In this document: positions 20,878-30,787 of the stretch, in pieces
Layout: each line of letters starts with the position of its first letter
Numbering within the stretch: position 1 is the first letter of the stretch
Assembly: GCA_963771355.1 (NCBI GenBank)
Contig: CAVYTA010000006.1
Span: forward strand, 800,001 to 864,000
Origin: an uncultured Candidatus Rokubacteria bacterium
GTDB lineage: Bacteria > Methylomirabilota > Methylomirabilia > Rokubacteriales > CSP1-6
Direction of reading: 5' to 3'
Length of the DNA: 64,000 nt
Made by a program: the position numbers and the translations under genes
Notes under the pieces: generated by a model
Database searches by the model: none
Told to the model about the DNA's origin: nothing
What the model saw: the letters and a program-made list of their open reading frames with translations, nothing else

Positions 20878-22058
20878 TCAACCAGAAGCGCCTGACGGAA
20901 GAGTTCCTCGAGCTGACCGCCATCCCGAGCCTGTCCCGACAGGAGGGCCCGATCGCACGGCGGCTCGAGTCCATTCTCAAAGGCATGGGCGCCAGCGTGG
21001 AGGTGGACGACGCCGGCGAGAAGGTGGGCGGGAATACCGGCAACATCCTCGCGCGCTTCACGGGGACGGACGCGGACGCGGCCCCCCTGCTGCTCTCGGG
21101 CCACATGGACACCGTGGGACCGGCCAGCCAGGTCCGTACCGTGATCGAGGGCGACATCATCCATACCGACCACACGAGCGTGCTGGGCGGCGACGACAAG
21201 GCCGGGCTGGTGGCCATCCTCGAGGCCATCCGGGTGCTCCGCGAGCGCCGGCTGCCGCACGGGGACCTCGAGGTCGTGATCACGATCTGCGAGGAGACCG
21301 GGCTGCTCGGCGCGAAGCACTTCGATACGACCCGGCTGCGCGCGCGACGCGGCCTGGTCCTCGACGTGGACGGCGTCAATGAGCTGGTCACCCGGGCGCC
21401 CGCCGCCAACCGGCTCTCCTTCACCGTCCACGGGCTCGAGGCGCATGCGGGCATCTGCCCGGAGCGCGGGATCAGCGCCGTCCAGGTGGCGAGCGAGGCG
21501 ATCGCCGGCATGCGGCTGGGACGCGTGGACGACGAGACCACCGCCAACCTGGGCGTCATCCAGGGCGGCCTCGCGACCAATATCGTGCCGAGCCAGGTGG
21601 TGGTCCGCGGGGAGACGCGGAGCCTCTCCGAGGCCAAGCTCAAGGCGCAGACCGAGCACATGCGGAACCGCTTCGAGGACGCGGTGGCGCGCCATGCCGT
21701 CACCCTCGAAGGCCGGGAGCACCGGGCGCGGCTGGAGGCCAAAGTCGAGCGCCAGTACGAGCGCCTGGACATCGCCGACGGCGCCACCATTGTTCGCCTC
21801 GTCACGGCGGCGGCCCAGGCGCTGGGTCGCAAGTGTCCCACCCGCAGCACGGGGGGCGGCTCGGATGCCAATGTCTTCATGGCCCGCGGGCTGGAAGTCG
21901 CCAATCTCGCGTGCGGGATGCGCGACATCCATACCGTGAACGAGTGGGTGGACGTGAAGGACCTGGTGGCCACCGCCGAGCTCGTGCTGGAGACCATCCG
22001 AGCGAACGCCCAATCCGCTGATCGGTCAATCGGCCAATCGGGTACACGCGGCGGATGA
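20874..22058 (+). CDS. Peptidase T-like M20/M25/M40 metallopeptidase
   Basis: GHMDTV, LGGDDKAG, CEETGL, GGGSDAN, IHTVNE. Confidence 0.92.
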   Translation: MINQKRLTEEFLELTAIPSLSRQEGPIARRLESILKGMGASVEVDDAGEKVGGNTGNILARFTGTDADAAPLLLSGHMDTVGPASQVRTVIEGDIIHTDHTSVLGGDDKAGLVAILEAIRVLRERRLPHGDLEVVITICEETGLLGAKHFDTTRLRARRGLVLDVDGVNELVTRAPAANRLSFTVHGLEAHAGICPERGISAVQVASEAIAGMRLGRVDDETTANLGVIQGGLATNIVPSQVVVRGETRSLSEAKLKAQTEHMRNRFEDAVARHAVTLEGREHRARLEAKVERQYERLDIADGATIVRLVTAAAQALGRKCPTRSTGGGSDANVFMARGLEVANLACGMRDIHTVNEWVDVKDLVATAELVLETIRANAQSADRSIGQSGTRGG

Positions 22059-22146
22059 GGGTTTCCCGGGGCCCCTAGCCCCGGACCCCCGCGGTGCGCT
22101 ATCCTGGGCTACCCCGCGGTGGCGGGGAGGTTTCGCCCAGGAGGCA

Positions 22147-22458
22147 ATGGTCATGCAACGGATCCTGATCGTCGGGATGCTCCTTCTCGCTCTGGTCACC
22201 ATTCCGGCAGCGCTTGGACTGGCCGCGGGCCCCAGCACGACCCCGACTCCGCCCGCCACCGTCGCCACCCAGCTGCCAACGGCCCCGCCTCCTCCCGCCG
22301 CGCTGGGGCCTGGGCTCGGAACGCCCAATCCTTTTGCGACGCTCGGGAATCCAGGCTCGACGAGCTTTCAGCCCGGCGTCGCGAATCCGCAGAGCAATCC
22401 CCATCCGATGCTGCCGTGGGGTGACGGCCAGATCGGGGGGAGCGATACGGGCAGGTGA
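22147..22458 (+). CDS. Hypothetical Pro-rich secreted protein (possibly the 5' half of a frameshifted gene)
   Basis: AGGAGG RBS, hydrophobic signal peptide, Pro/Thr-rich linker. Confidence 0.65.
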   Translation: MVMQRILIVGMLLLALVTIPAALGLAAGPSTTPTPPATVATQLPTAPPPPAALGPGLGTPNPFATLGNPGSTSFQPGVANPQSNPHPMLPWGDGQIGGSDTGR

Positions 22459-22751
22459 TCCGCTACTGGGAGCAGCATCCCCAGATCGTCTACAACGTCG
22501 AGATCGTGCTGGTCACGGAGGAGGAGATCAGGCCGGAAAGCGAGCCACAGGGTCAGCCCGGAGCTCCGATCCAGGGAGCGCTTCAGGCGAAGGCGGGACG
22601 GCCGCGTGAGCCGCAGTCCGTGACCGTCCCCGGCTCCTGGATCGCCGAGACCACGCGCGGCTATGTCCACATGCCCCGCTGGGCCCTTCAGGAGCTCGGC
22701 GCCGGGCGTTACCAGTGGGTGCTGATCGGCGCCTGGTTCCAGCCCAAGTAA
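22455..22751 (+). CDS. Hypothetical protein (possibly the 3' half of the preceding gene)
   Basis: 98-codon ORF with protein-like composition and GC3-biased codons; GTGA overlap. Confidence 0.6.
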   Translation: MIRYWEQHPQIVYNVEIVLVTEEEIRPESEPQGQPGAPIQGALQAKAGRPREPQSVTVPGSWIAETTRGYVHMPRWALQELGAGRYQWVLIGAWFQPK

Positions 22752-22752
22752 C

Positions 22753-23556
22753 GTGCCCGACCTCGTCCAGGAGCGGATCGGGGACCTCCTCCTCGATCAT
22801 GCTCCGGCACGAGGGCCCGCCCGGCCGCTTCCGCTGCTTCTGGTGCATGGCATGCACGGCGGGAGCTGGTACCTCGAGAATTACTTGAAGGCCGCGGCCG
22901 CCACCGGCTGGGACACCTGGGCCGTCAATCTCCGCGGGCACTGGGGCAGCCGCCCCGTCGCCGATCTCGGCCGGGTCTCGGTGCTCGACTATGTCGAGGA
23001 CGTGCGCGACTGCCTTCGCGCGCTGGGTCCGGCGGCCGTGCTCGGCCACTCGATGGGAGGTTTGGTCGCCCAGAAGATCGCGGAGGAAGGCGCCGTCCCG
23101 GCCGCGGTCTTTCTCACCAGCGCGCCCCCCCGCGGGATCCTCGTGCTGCGCTGGCGGGTGCTGTCCCGCATGTGGCGGTACGCCGGAGCGGTACTCGGGA
23201 GCCGTCCCTTCCAGCCCAGCCCGGACGATGCCGCCGCCCTCATCGCCAATCGCCTGTCACGCGAGACCCAGCGGCAACTCTATCCAAAGTTGGTCCCGGA
23301 ATCCGGCCGCGCCGCGCGCGAGCTGGCGCTGGGCTCGGTGCGTGTCGACGCGAGTCGGGTACGGTGCCCGCTGCTGGTGGTGGGGGCCGAGCACGATGCC
23401 ATCACCTCCGCCGGGATACAGCGGAAGATCGCCGCGAAGTACGGTGCCACCTATCTGGAGGCGGCGGGCCACGCACACATGCTGATGCTCGAGGACGGCT
23501 GGGAGGGCCCCTTCAAGGCCATCCTGTCCTGGCTCGACGAGGCCACCAACCGCTAG
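22753..23556 (+). CDS. Alpha/beta-fold hydrolase
   Basis: VHGMHGG, NLRGH, GHSMGG, Asp (EHD) and His (HAH) triad. Confidence 0.9.
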   Translation: MPDLVQERIGDLLLDHAPARGPARPLPLLLVHGMHGGSWYLENYLKAAAATGWDTWAVNLRGHWGSRPVADLGRVSVLDYVEDVRDCLRALGPAAVLGHSMGGLVAQKIAEEGAVPAAVFLTSAPPRGILVLRWRVLSRMWRYAGAVLGSRPFQPSPDDAAALIANRLSRETQRQLYPKLVPESGRAARELALGSVRVDASRVRCPLLVVGAEHDAITSAGIQRKIAAKYGATYLEAAGHAHMLMLEDGWEGPFKAILSWLDEATNR

Positions 23557-25055
23557 CGTGCGGCGAGCGACTCCGCAGACCGGCGGATCTGCGCGGATGC
23601 TTCCTCGCCCGCCGTCTTGCCGAACACCGAGCCCGACATGAGCCCGGACCCTCCCGCGTAGTTGTGATAGAAAAGGCCGCCCACCAGCTCGCCCGCCGCG
23701 TAAAGGCCGGAGATCGGCAGGTCCGCGGTGTCGAGCACTTCCGCCCGGGTGTTCACGCGGAGCCCGCCGAAGGTGAAGGTGATGCCGCAGGTCACCGCGA
23801 AGCCCAGATAGGGCGGGGTGTCGATGGGCACCGCCCAGTTGGACTTGGGCGGAGTGATGCCGCGCGTGGCCTTGCCGTCCAGCACGGCGGGGTTGAACTC
23901 GCCGGGCTGGCAGGCGGCGTTGAACTCCCTCACGGTGCGGGCCAGCCCCTCCACGTCGATGTCGAGCTGGCGCGCGAGGTCCTCGATGGTCGAGGCCTCG
24001 GCCTTGGTGACCTGGCGGATCCGGTATTCCTCTCGAAGGATCTCGGCGGTTTTCTGGTCGAAGATCTGGAAGGCCAGTCGCTGCGGCTGGCGGATGATCT
24101 CACGGCCGTACTTGGCATAGGTATAGTTCCGGAGGTCCGCGCCCTCGTCCACGAAGCGGGCGCCGTGGACGTTGACGATGAGCCCGAGCGGGTAGGAGTG
24201 CTTCTGGAACATGTCGCCCACGCGGCGGTCCCCGAAGGGCGGCGCGCCCGCGTCCCAGGCCACCGCGTGGCAGGACGACCAGTGGCCGTAGGCCTGGGCC
24301 CCGATGTCCAGCGCCATGCGGATGCCCTCGCCGGTATTGTGCCGGGTGCCGCGCACCTTGGCGAGGTCCCAGTCCGGGCCGAGGTAGCGCGTCCGCCACT
24401 CCGGATTCGCCTCGAAGCCGCCCGCCGCGATGACGACGGCACGGGCGGACAGCTCGCGAAGGCCGGCCGGCGTGCGCACCTGTACCCCCGTCACGCGTCC
24501 CGTGTCGTCCTGGAGCAGGCGGTGCGCGGCGTGCGAGTAGCGCACCTCGATACCGGCGGCCTCCGCGCGGTCGAGGAGCATCTGGACCAGGCCCGGCCCG
24601 CCGCCCACCGCCTCCACGTTGAGCCCGCCCCAGAAGCGGTGCTTCCCGCCCACCTGGTAGGATTGCCGGCCGTGCATGAGGATCCAGCGGAGGCCGCGCT
24701 CGCGCATCCACGCCACCGTGGCACGGGAGCGCCGGATGAGATGCTCGGAGAGGTCGGTGTCGGTGAGCCCTTCGGTGACGCGGAGCAGATCGTCCCGGAA
24801 CTGGGACTCGGGATAGGGCGGCACCTCGATGGCCACCGCCTCCTCGTCGGAGAGATCGGTGAGGATGTCGCGCCGCAGGTCGGCGAGCCCCTCGTGAGCG
24901 AAGCGGAAGCCGCCGGCGGTGAAGAAGGAGTTGCCGCCGCGCTCGTGCTCCGGCGCCTTCTCGAGGACGAGGACGGAGGCCCCCCCTTCGCGCGCGGCCA
25001 GCGCGGCGCAGAGCGCGGCATTGCCACAGCCGATGACGATGACGTCGGGATTCAC
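23553..25055 (-). CDS. tcuA: FAD-dependent oxidoreductase, tricarballylate dehydrogenase TcuA family
   Basis: DVIVIGCGNAALCAALAA, RGGNS, GGFEAN, RFVDEG, GITFTFGGL, GLYAAGE, NYAGGSGL. Confidence 0.85.
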   Translation of the reverse strand: MNPDVIVIGCGNAALCAALAAREGGASVLVLEKAPEHERGGNSFFTAGGFRFAHEGLADLRRDILTDLSDEEAVAIEVPPYPESQFRDDLLRVTEGLTDTDLSEHLIRRSRATVAWMRERGLRWILMHGRQSYQVGGKHRFWGGLNVEAVGGGPGLVQMLLDRAEAAGIEVRYSHAAHRLLQDDTGRVTGVQVRTPAGLRELSARAVVIAAGGFEANPEWRTRYLGPDWDLAKVRGTRHNTGEGIRMALDIGAQAYGHWSSCHAVAWDAGAPPFGDRRVGDMFQKHSYPLGLIVNVHGARFVDEGADLRNYTYAKYGREIIRQPQRLAFQIFDQKTAEILREEYRIRQVTKAEASTIEDLARQLDIDVEGLARTVREFNAACQPGEFNPAVLDGKATRGITPPKSNWAVPIDTPPYLGFAVTCGITFTFGGLRVNTRAEVLDTADLPISGLYAAGELVGGLFYHNYAGGSGLMSGSVFGKTAGEEASAQIRRSAESLAAR

Positions 25056-25059
25056 GGGC

Positions 25060-25857
25060 TCAAGCGCTCCCACGCGGGGCAACGAGGATGACGAGACCAA
25101 GGGCGATCCGGTACCAGCCGAAGCCGACGAAGGTATGGGTCTGCACGAAGCGGAGCAGCCAGCGGACGGTGACGAGGGCCGCGAGACCGGACACCGCCGT
25201 GCCCAGCAGCACCAGGGCCCAGCTGGTGTGGACGGGGTCGGGATGCCGCATCGCGTGCAGCGCCTCGTAGCCCCCCGCCGCGAGCAGGGTGGGGACGCCC
25301 AGGAGGAAGGAGAATTCGGTCGCCGCGGGCCGCGCGAGCCCCAGGGCGAGCGCGACGAGTATGGTCGCCCCGGAGCGCGAGGTGCCGGGAAAGACCGCGG
25401 CCATGATCTGTGCGAGCCCCACCGCGGCCGCGACCGCCCAGGTGACGTCCCCGCGCCGAGGCTTGCCGCGCAGCCAGCGTTCCACCACCAGGATGACGAG
25501 ACCGCCGACGAGGGTGGCCCACGCCACCGGCGCGGCGTCCTTGGGGAGCGTGACGCCGAGCATTCTGACCCCGAAGCCGCCCACCGCGGTGATGACGAAG
25601 GCCAGCGCCAGTTTGAGCACGAAGCTCCGCGTCGCCGGCTCGCGGCGCCGCGCGGCCAGCTCGCGCAGGCGGGTGGAGAACGCCAGCGCCACCGCCACCG
25701 CGGTGCCCGATTGGATCAGCACGTTGAAGAGGTCGGACTGGCGTGGCAGCAGCCCCGTGTTCTCCACCAGGAGCAGATGGCCGGTCGAGGAGACCGGGAG
25801 AAATTCCGTGACCCCTTCGATGATGCCCAGGGCGATCACGGCGGCCCAGTCGGGCAC
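25060..25857 (-). CDS. uppP: Undecaprenyl-diphosphate phosphatase
   Basis: EGVTEFLPVSSTGHL, PGTSRSGAT, EFSF, FGWYRI. Confidence 0.95.
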   Translation of the reverse strand: MPDWAAVIALGIIEGVTEFLPVSSTGHLLLVENTGLLPRQSDLFNVLIQSGTAVAVALAFSTRLRELAARRREPATRSFVLKLALAFVITAVGGFGVRMLGVTLPKDAAPVAWATLVGGLVILVVERWLRGKPRRGDVTWAVAAAVGLAQIMAAVFPGTSRSGATILVALALGLARPAATEFSFLLGVPTLLAAGGYEALHAMRHPDPVHTSWALVLLGTAVSGLAALVTVRWLLRFVQTHTFVGFGWYRIALGLVILVAPRGSA

Positions 25858-25865
25858 CGGCGCGG

Positions 25866-26687
25866 TTATCCGGCGATCTCCTCGCCCCCGTCCACTCCGA
25901 TCACGTTGCCGGTGATCCAGTGGGTGTCGGGGTGCGAGAGCACGACGATGGCGCGGGCCACGTCGTCCGTGGTCGTCATGCGCCGGCTCGGGTTCCGCTC
26001 GATCGCCTTCCGGGAAAACTCGTCGTAGTTGGGGATCTTCTTGGCCGCCGGAGTGGCCGTCACGCCGGCACGGATGGAGTTCGCCGTGATCCGGCGCGGG
26101 GCCAGCTCGGCGGCGAGCTGTCGGATATTGGACTCCAGCGCCGCCTTGGCCGCGGACACCGGCCCGTAGAAGGGGAGCACGCGCGTGCTGCCGGAGGATG
26201 TCATCGCGAAGACGCGGCCGCCCTCGCCCATGAGCCCGCGGCCCACCACCTCCTGCGTCCAGTAGATGAGGCTATGCGCCATGACGTCGAGGGTCATGTC
26301 CATCTGAGCCTTGGACACCGCTTCCTTCATGGGGTCGGCGAGGAAGAGCTTGAGGGTGCCGAAGGCCAGGGAGTGCAGGAGCACGCGCAGCGTGCCCAGC
26401 TCGCCGCGCTCGCGAAGGACGCGCTCCATCTCGGTGGCGACCTCCACCCGCTTCTCGTCGTCGGCGGCATTCACGTTGAAGAAGTGGGCCTCGCGCCCGA
26501 GGGCGCGGATCTCCCCCACGATGCGCTCGACATTGGGCAGAGTGGCGCGGCGGTCGAGGTGCACCCCGAAGACATTGAGACCGGCGCGGGCCAGCGCCAG
26601 GCTGGTGGCCTCGCCGAAGCCGGACGACGCGCCGAGGACCAGGGCCCAGCCGGACAGCCGCACGGGCTCGACGGTGGGAGAGGTCAT
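25866..26687 (-). CDS. SDR oxidoreductase, enoyl-ACP reductase (FabL/FabI-like)
   Basis: LGASSGFG, Y-x6-K (YGPVSAAK), ANSIRAG, VIGVDGG. Confidence 0.8.
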   Translation of the reverse strand: MTSPTVEPVRLSGWALVLGASSGFGEATSLALARAGLNVFGVHLDRRATLPNVERIVGEIRALGREAHFFNVNAADDEKRVEVATEMERVLRERGELGTLRVLLHSLAFGTLKLFLADPMKEAVSKAQMDMTLDVMAHSLIYWTQEVVGRGLMGEGGRVFAMTSSGSTRVLPFYGPVSAAKAALESNIRQLAAELAPRRITANSIRAGVTATPAAKKIPNYDEFSRKAIERNPSRRMTTTDDVARAIVVLSHPDTHWITGNVIGVDGGEEIAG

Positions 26688-26736
26688 CTCGGCGGCCATT
26701 CTAACACCAAGCGCCGCCGTGCTACCATTGAGCGCC

Positions 26737-27468
26737 ATGGCGAAGACCGCCGGCATCGTCCTCATCGGCAACGAAATCCTGTCCGGCAAGATCGCCGACG
26801 CCAATGCCGCCTACCTCTGCCGCGAGCTGCGCGCGCTGGGCGTGGAGGTGCGTCGCATCTCGGTGATTCCCGACGAGGTGGACCTCATCGCGACGGAGGT
26901 GCGGGAGCAGAGCGCGGCCCACGACGTGGTGTTCACCTCGGGCGGCGTGGGGCCTACCCACGACGACGTGACCATGGAAGGCGTGGCGCGGGCGGTGGGG
27001 ACCCGGGTGATCCGCCACCCGAGCCTGGTCGCCCTGCTCGAGCATTACTACAAGGGACCGCTCAACGAGGCGCGGCTCCGGCTGGCCGAGGTACCGGAGG
27101 GGGCCGAGCTGGTCGCCGACGGGTCGCTGATGTTCCCCGCCGTCACCGTGCGCAATGTCTACATCCTCCCCGGCGTCCCCGAGATCTTCCGCCAGAAGTT
27201 CGACGCGCTCCGCGAGCGGTTCCGGGAGACGCCGTTCCATCTGATCAGCGTCTTCGTGAACATCGGGGAGGGGACGCTCGCCGATCATCTCAACGCCCTC
27301 GTCGCCTGCCATCCCGACCTTCTCCTCGGCTCGTACCCGGAGTTTTCCAATCCCGAGTACAAGGTGAAGGTCACCTTCGAGTCCAAGGACCGGACCCTCG
27401 TGGAGCGCGCCGTGGAGGAGCTGCTCGCGGCGCTGCCGCCGGGGGCCCTGGTGAGAGTGCAGCGCTAG
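26737..27468 (+). CDS. Molybdopterin-binding-domain protein (CinA N-terminal/COG1058-like)
   Basis: IGNEILSGKIADAN, TSGGVGPTHDDVT, LPGVP. Confidence 0.9.
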   Translation: MAKTAGIVLIGNEILSGKIADANAAYLCRELRALGVEVRRISVIPDEVDLIATEVREQSAAHDVVFTSGGVGPTHDDVTMEGVARAVGTRVIRHPSLVALLEHYYKGPLNEARLRLAEVPEGAELVADGSLMFPAVTVRNVYILPGVPEIFRQKFDALRERFRETPFHLISVFVNIGEGTLADHLNALVACHPDLLLGSYPEFSNPEYKVKVTFESKDRTLVERAVEELLAALPPGALVRVQR

Positions 27469-27474
27469 CTCGCG

Positions 27475-29250
27475 GTGAGCCTCACCGCCAAGGTGGTACT
27501 GGGCGTGGCCCTGGTCGCCGCCGCGCTCTTTCTTCCCGGCCTTGGCGGCGCGCCCTTCGTCGATCCCCCGGAGGGCTTCCACGCCGTGATCGCGTGGGAG
27601 ATGCTCCGCCACGGTGACTGGATCACGCCCCATATCAACGGCGTGCGGTACTTCGACAAGCCCCCGCTGCTCTACTGGCTGATAGCGGGGGCCTTCCGGA
27701 CGCTGGGGCCGCGGGAGGCGGCGGCGCGGCTAGGCTCGGCGCTGCCGGCCCTGGGCGTGGCCGCGCTGACCGCGTGGCTCGGCATGCGACTCGGCGGCGC
27801 GCGGGTGGGCCTGATCGCCGGCCTGATGGTGGCGGCCAATCTCGAGCTCTTCCTCTTCGCGCGCCTGGTCAAGCCCGACCTCCTCCTCGTCTTCTGCATC
27901 CTGCTCGCGTTCGCGGGCTTTCTCGAGGCCTACCTGCGGCGCGAGGCGGGCCGCGACGGACGCTGGGGCATCCTGGTCTTCTTCGCCGCCCTCGGGGCCA
28001 CGGTGCTGGCCAAGGATGTCCTGGGCGCGGTGGGGCCCCTGGTCACGGTGGCGATCTTCTTCGCCGTCACCGGCGAGCAAAATGTGGCGCGCCGGTGGAT
28101 CCCCTGGGCCGGCGTGCTCCTCTTCCTCGCCATCGCGGCGCCCTGGTACGTCCTGGTGGAGGCGCGCAACCACGGGTTCCTCTGGTACACGGTGGTGGAC
28201 AACCACATCCTCAACCTGGTCCACCATCGGGTCTTCCCCGACGAGGACGTGCCGCTGTCCGCGCTGGAGTTCCTCGTCGTGACGGCGATCGGGTTCATGC
28301 CGTGGTGCCTGGCGGTGCCCTGGGCGCTCTGGCGCCGGCTGCGCGGGCCCTGGCCGACGGCGGAGTCTCGCGCCTGGCTGCTACTCGCGCTCTGGGCGGC
28401 GGGCTCGCTGGCCCTCTTCACGCTCTCGCCCTTCAAGCTGCCCCACTACGGGCTTCCCGCGTTTCCCGCGCTCGCCCTCCTGGTCGCCAAGCTCTGGGAC
28501 GAGGTGCTGGAGGGAGTGCCGGGCACCCCGTCTCCAACCATCCTCCTGGTGCCCCCTCTCATCCTGTTCGCGGCGGCCGCCACCGCCGCGTTCCTGGCCT
28601 GGCAGGGCCACATTGCGATGGCCCCGGGAGCCTTGCCCAGCGCCGACGTCGCCGCGCGGAATGTGGCGGCACGGGGCCCGGATCTTCCCTTCATGTCGGC
28701 GGAGCAGCTAGCCCCGCTGCTCCGGTCCCTCTCGGCCGTTTTCGGCCTGGGGGCGCTGGCCGCCGCCCTCGCGCTGGCGCTGCGCCGTCCGGCCGTCGGC
28801 CTGGGGGCGCTCCTGGCCGCCATGCTCGCGTTCCTTCCGTTCTCCGCCGAGGGCTTCGCGCTGTTCGCCCGTAGCCGGTCGGTGCGGATGCTGAGCGACG
28901 CGGTGGCGCTGCGCGCCGCGCCCGGGGATCTCCTCGCCCACGAGGGCGCGCTGGAGAATAGCGGCTCGTGGCTCTTGACCCTCGACCCGCCCGGACGCGC
29001 ACCGAGCAGTGCACGGGTGAAGGTGGTCAATGGGCTCGTCTCCAACCTCGCCTTCGGCTCCAGCTTCCCCGAGGCCGGGGACACGTTCTGGGATGCCGAC
29101 CGGCTCGCGGCCGCGTGGCGGGGCGACCGCCGTATCTTTCTTCTCTCGGCATTCAGCCCCGAGCGGAGCGTGACGCGCGGTCTGCCCCCCGACCGCGTCC
29201 ATCTGCTCCTGGCCGCGGGCGGGCGCCGGCTCTACTCGAATCGGCCCTGA
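27475..29250 (+). CDS. ArnT-like GT39/PMT family glycosyltransferase
   Basis: EM...GDWITP..NG..YFDKPPL.YW, AAR, LAK, APWY, KLPHY.LP.FP; multiple TM helices. Confidence 0.9.
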   Translation: MSLTAKVVLGVALVAAALFLPGLGGAPFVDPPEGFHAVIAWEMLRHGDWITPHINGVRYFDKPPLLYWLIAGAFRTLGPREAAARLGSALPALGVAALTAWLGMRLGGARVGLIAGLMVAANLELFLFARLVKPDLLLVFCILLAFAGFLEAYLRREAGRDGRWGILVFFAALGATVLAKDVLGAVGPLVTVAIFFAVTGEQNVARRWIPWAGVLLFLAIAAPWYVLVEARNHGFLWYTVVDNHILNLVHHRVFPDEDVPLSALEFLVVTAIGFMPWCLAVPWALWRRLRGPWPTAESRAWLLLALWAAGSLALFTLSPFKLPHYGLPAFPALALLVAKLWDEVLEGVPGTPSPTILLVPPLILFAAAATAAFLAWQGHIAMAPGALPSADVAARNVAARGPDLPFMSAEQLAPLLRSLSAVFGLGALAAALALALRRPAVGLGALLAAMLAFLPFSAEGFALFARSRSVRMLSDAVALRAAPGDLLAHEGALENSGSWLLTLDPPGRAPSSARVKVVNGLVSNLAFGSSFPEAGDTFWDADRLAAAWRGDRRIFLLSAFSPERSVTRGLPPDRVHLLLAAGGRRLYSNRP

Positions 29251-29269
29251 GCGGGAGTACCATACAGGG

Positions 29270-29962
29270 GTGAGCGGCGCGCCCTACCGTCTCAAGGACG
29301 ATCCTTACTCGAGTCACTCGCTCATCCTCTCCCGGCTCGGCGCCGGGCGGGGGCGCCGGGCCCTCGACGTCGGCGCCGCCGACGGCTTCCTCGCCGCCGA
29401 GCTGACCGCGCGGGCCTGGAAGGTCACCGCCCTCGAGCGCGATCCCGTCCAGGCCGAGCGCGCGGCCGCCCGCTGCGAGCGGGCCATTGCGGTGGACCTC
29501 GAGCGCGAGACGCCGGCGCTGGCAGGGCTCTATGACGCCCTCGTCTACGGCGACGTCATCGAGCATCTCTCGGACCCCCTCCGGATCATGCGCGAGCTCA
29601 ACCGATACCTGGCCCCCGGCGCGGTGGTCATCGTCTCCGTGCCCAACGTGGCACATCTCTCCGTGCGGCTCTCGCTGCTCTTCGGGCGCTTCGAGTACCG
29701 GGACCGCGGGATTCTCGACCGCACGCACCTCACGTTCTTCACGCGGCGCACCTTCCTCGACTTCCTCCGCCGGGCCGGGCTGGCCGTGCGCGAGCTGGTG
29801 GTGACCCCGGCCCCGCTGCCGCTGGTGGTACCCGAGCGCTTCCATGGGCCCTGGCTGAGCGCGCTGCACCGGTTCTCGGCGGGGACGGCGCGGGTCTGGC
29901 CCGGCGGGCTCGCCTATCAGTTCGTGGCGGTGTGCGCGGATGCGCGGGTGCCGGAGCGCTAG
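29270..29962 (+). CDS. Class I SAM-dependent methyltransferase
   Basis: ALDVGAADG, GDVIEHL, SVPNVAH, GILDRTHL.FF. Confidence 0.9.
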   Translation: MSGAPYRLKDDPYSSHSLILSRLGAGRGRRALDVGAADGFLAAELTARAWKVTALERDPVQAERAAARCERAIAVDLERETPALAGLYDALVYGDVIEHLSDPLRIMRELNRYLAPGAVVIVSVPNVAHLSVRLSLLFGRFEYRDRGILDRTHLTFFTRRTFLDFLRRAGLAVRELVVTPAPLPLVVPERFHGPWLSALHRFSAGTARVWPGGLAYQFVAVCADARVPER

Positions 29963-30787
29963 ATGACCGCGTCCACGGCGGGATCCCCGCCGGCGTCCAA
30001 GGTGCCCAAGATCGTCGTGGTGATGCCGGCCTACAACGCAGGCCGGACGCTCCGGCTCACCTACGAGGAGCTGCCCAAGGAGACGGTGAGCCTGGTGATC
30101 CTGGTGGACGACGGCTCCACCGACTCGACCCTCGACGTCGCCCGCGAGCTGGGACTCGAGATCTTCGTCCACGATCGGAACTACGGGTACGGGGCCAACC
30201 AGAAGACGTGCTACACGGAGGCCCTGCGCGCCGGCGCCGACATCGTGGTGATGGTCCATCCCGACTATCAGTACGATCCGACCCTGGTGCCGAAGATCAT
30301 CGAGCCCATCACGCGGGGGGACGCCGACCTGGTGCTCGGTTCGCGGCTCAAGGGCGGCTCGGCGGTGCAGCAGGGAATGCCCTGGTGGAAGTACGTGGCC
30401 AACCGCTTCCTCACCTGGGTGGAGAATCGCGCCTTTGGCCTGGCGATGTCGGAGTATCACACCGGCTACCGGGCCTTCAGCCGGGAGCTGCTGGAGGCGG
30501 TGAATTTCCGGATGAACTCCGACGGCTTCGTCTTCGACCAGGAGATCGTGTCGCAGACGGTGGCCGCGGACTTCCGCCTCGCCGAGATCGCCGTTCCCGT
30601 GCGCTACTTCCCGGAGGCCTCCTCCGCCTCCTTCCTGGACTCCTGCGTGTACGGCACCAAGATTCTCTGGGTAGTCACCCGCTACCTGCTGCATCGCTCC
30701 GGCCTCAAGCGTTCCCGGCGTCTGGAGAGCATCCGCCGCCGGTACACGCGCCTCGGCCCGGGCGCCGAGGACCCAGACCCCCGTTGA
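29963..30787 (+). CDS. GT2 glycosyltransferase (polyprenol-phosphate sugar synthase-like)
   Basis: VVMPAYN, VDDGSTD, NYGYGANQK, HPDYQY, GSR, HTGYRAF. Confidence 0.93.
   Translation: MTASTAGSPPASKVPKIVVVMPAYNAGRTLRLTYEELPKETVSLVILVDDGSTDSTLDVARELGLEIFVHDRNYGYGANQKTCYTEALRAGADIVVMVHPDYQYDPTLVPKIIEPITRGDADLVLGSRLKGGSAVQQGMPWWKYVANRFLTWVENRAFGLAMSEYHTGYRAFSRELLEAVNFRMNSDGFVFDQEIVSQTVAADFRLAEIAVPVRYFPEASSASFLDSCVYGTKILWVVTRYLLHRSGLKRSRRLESIRRRYTRLGPGAEDPDPR

Noticed and set aside
22009..22043. Short CAATCG(G) repeats at the end of the peptidase gene
   Set aside because: Three or four degenerate 6-8 bp units in a low-complexity tail; no array structure.
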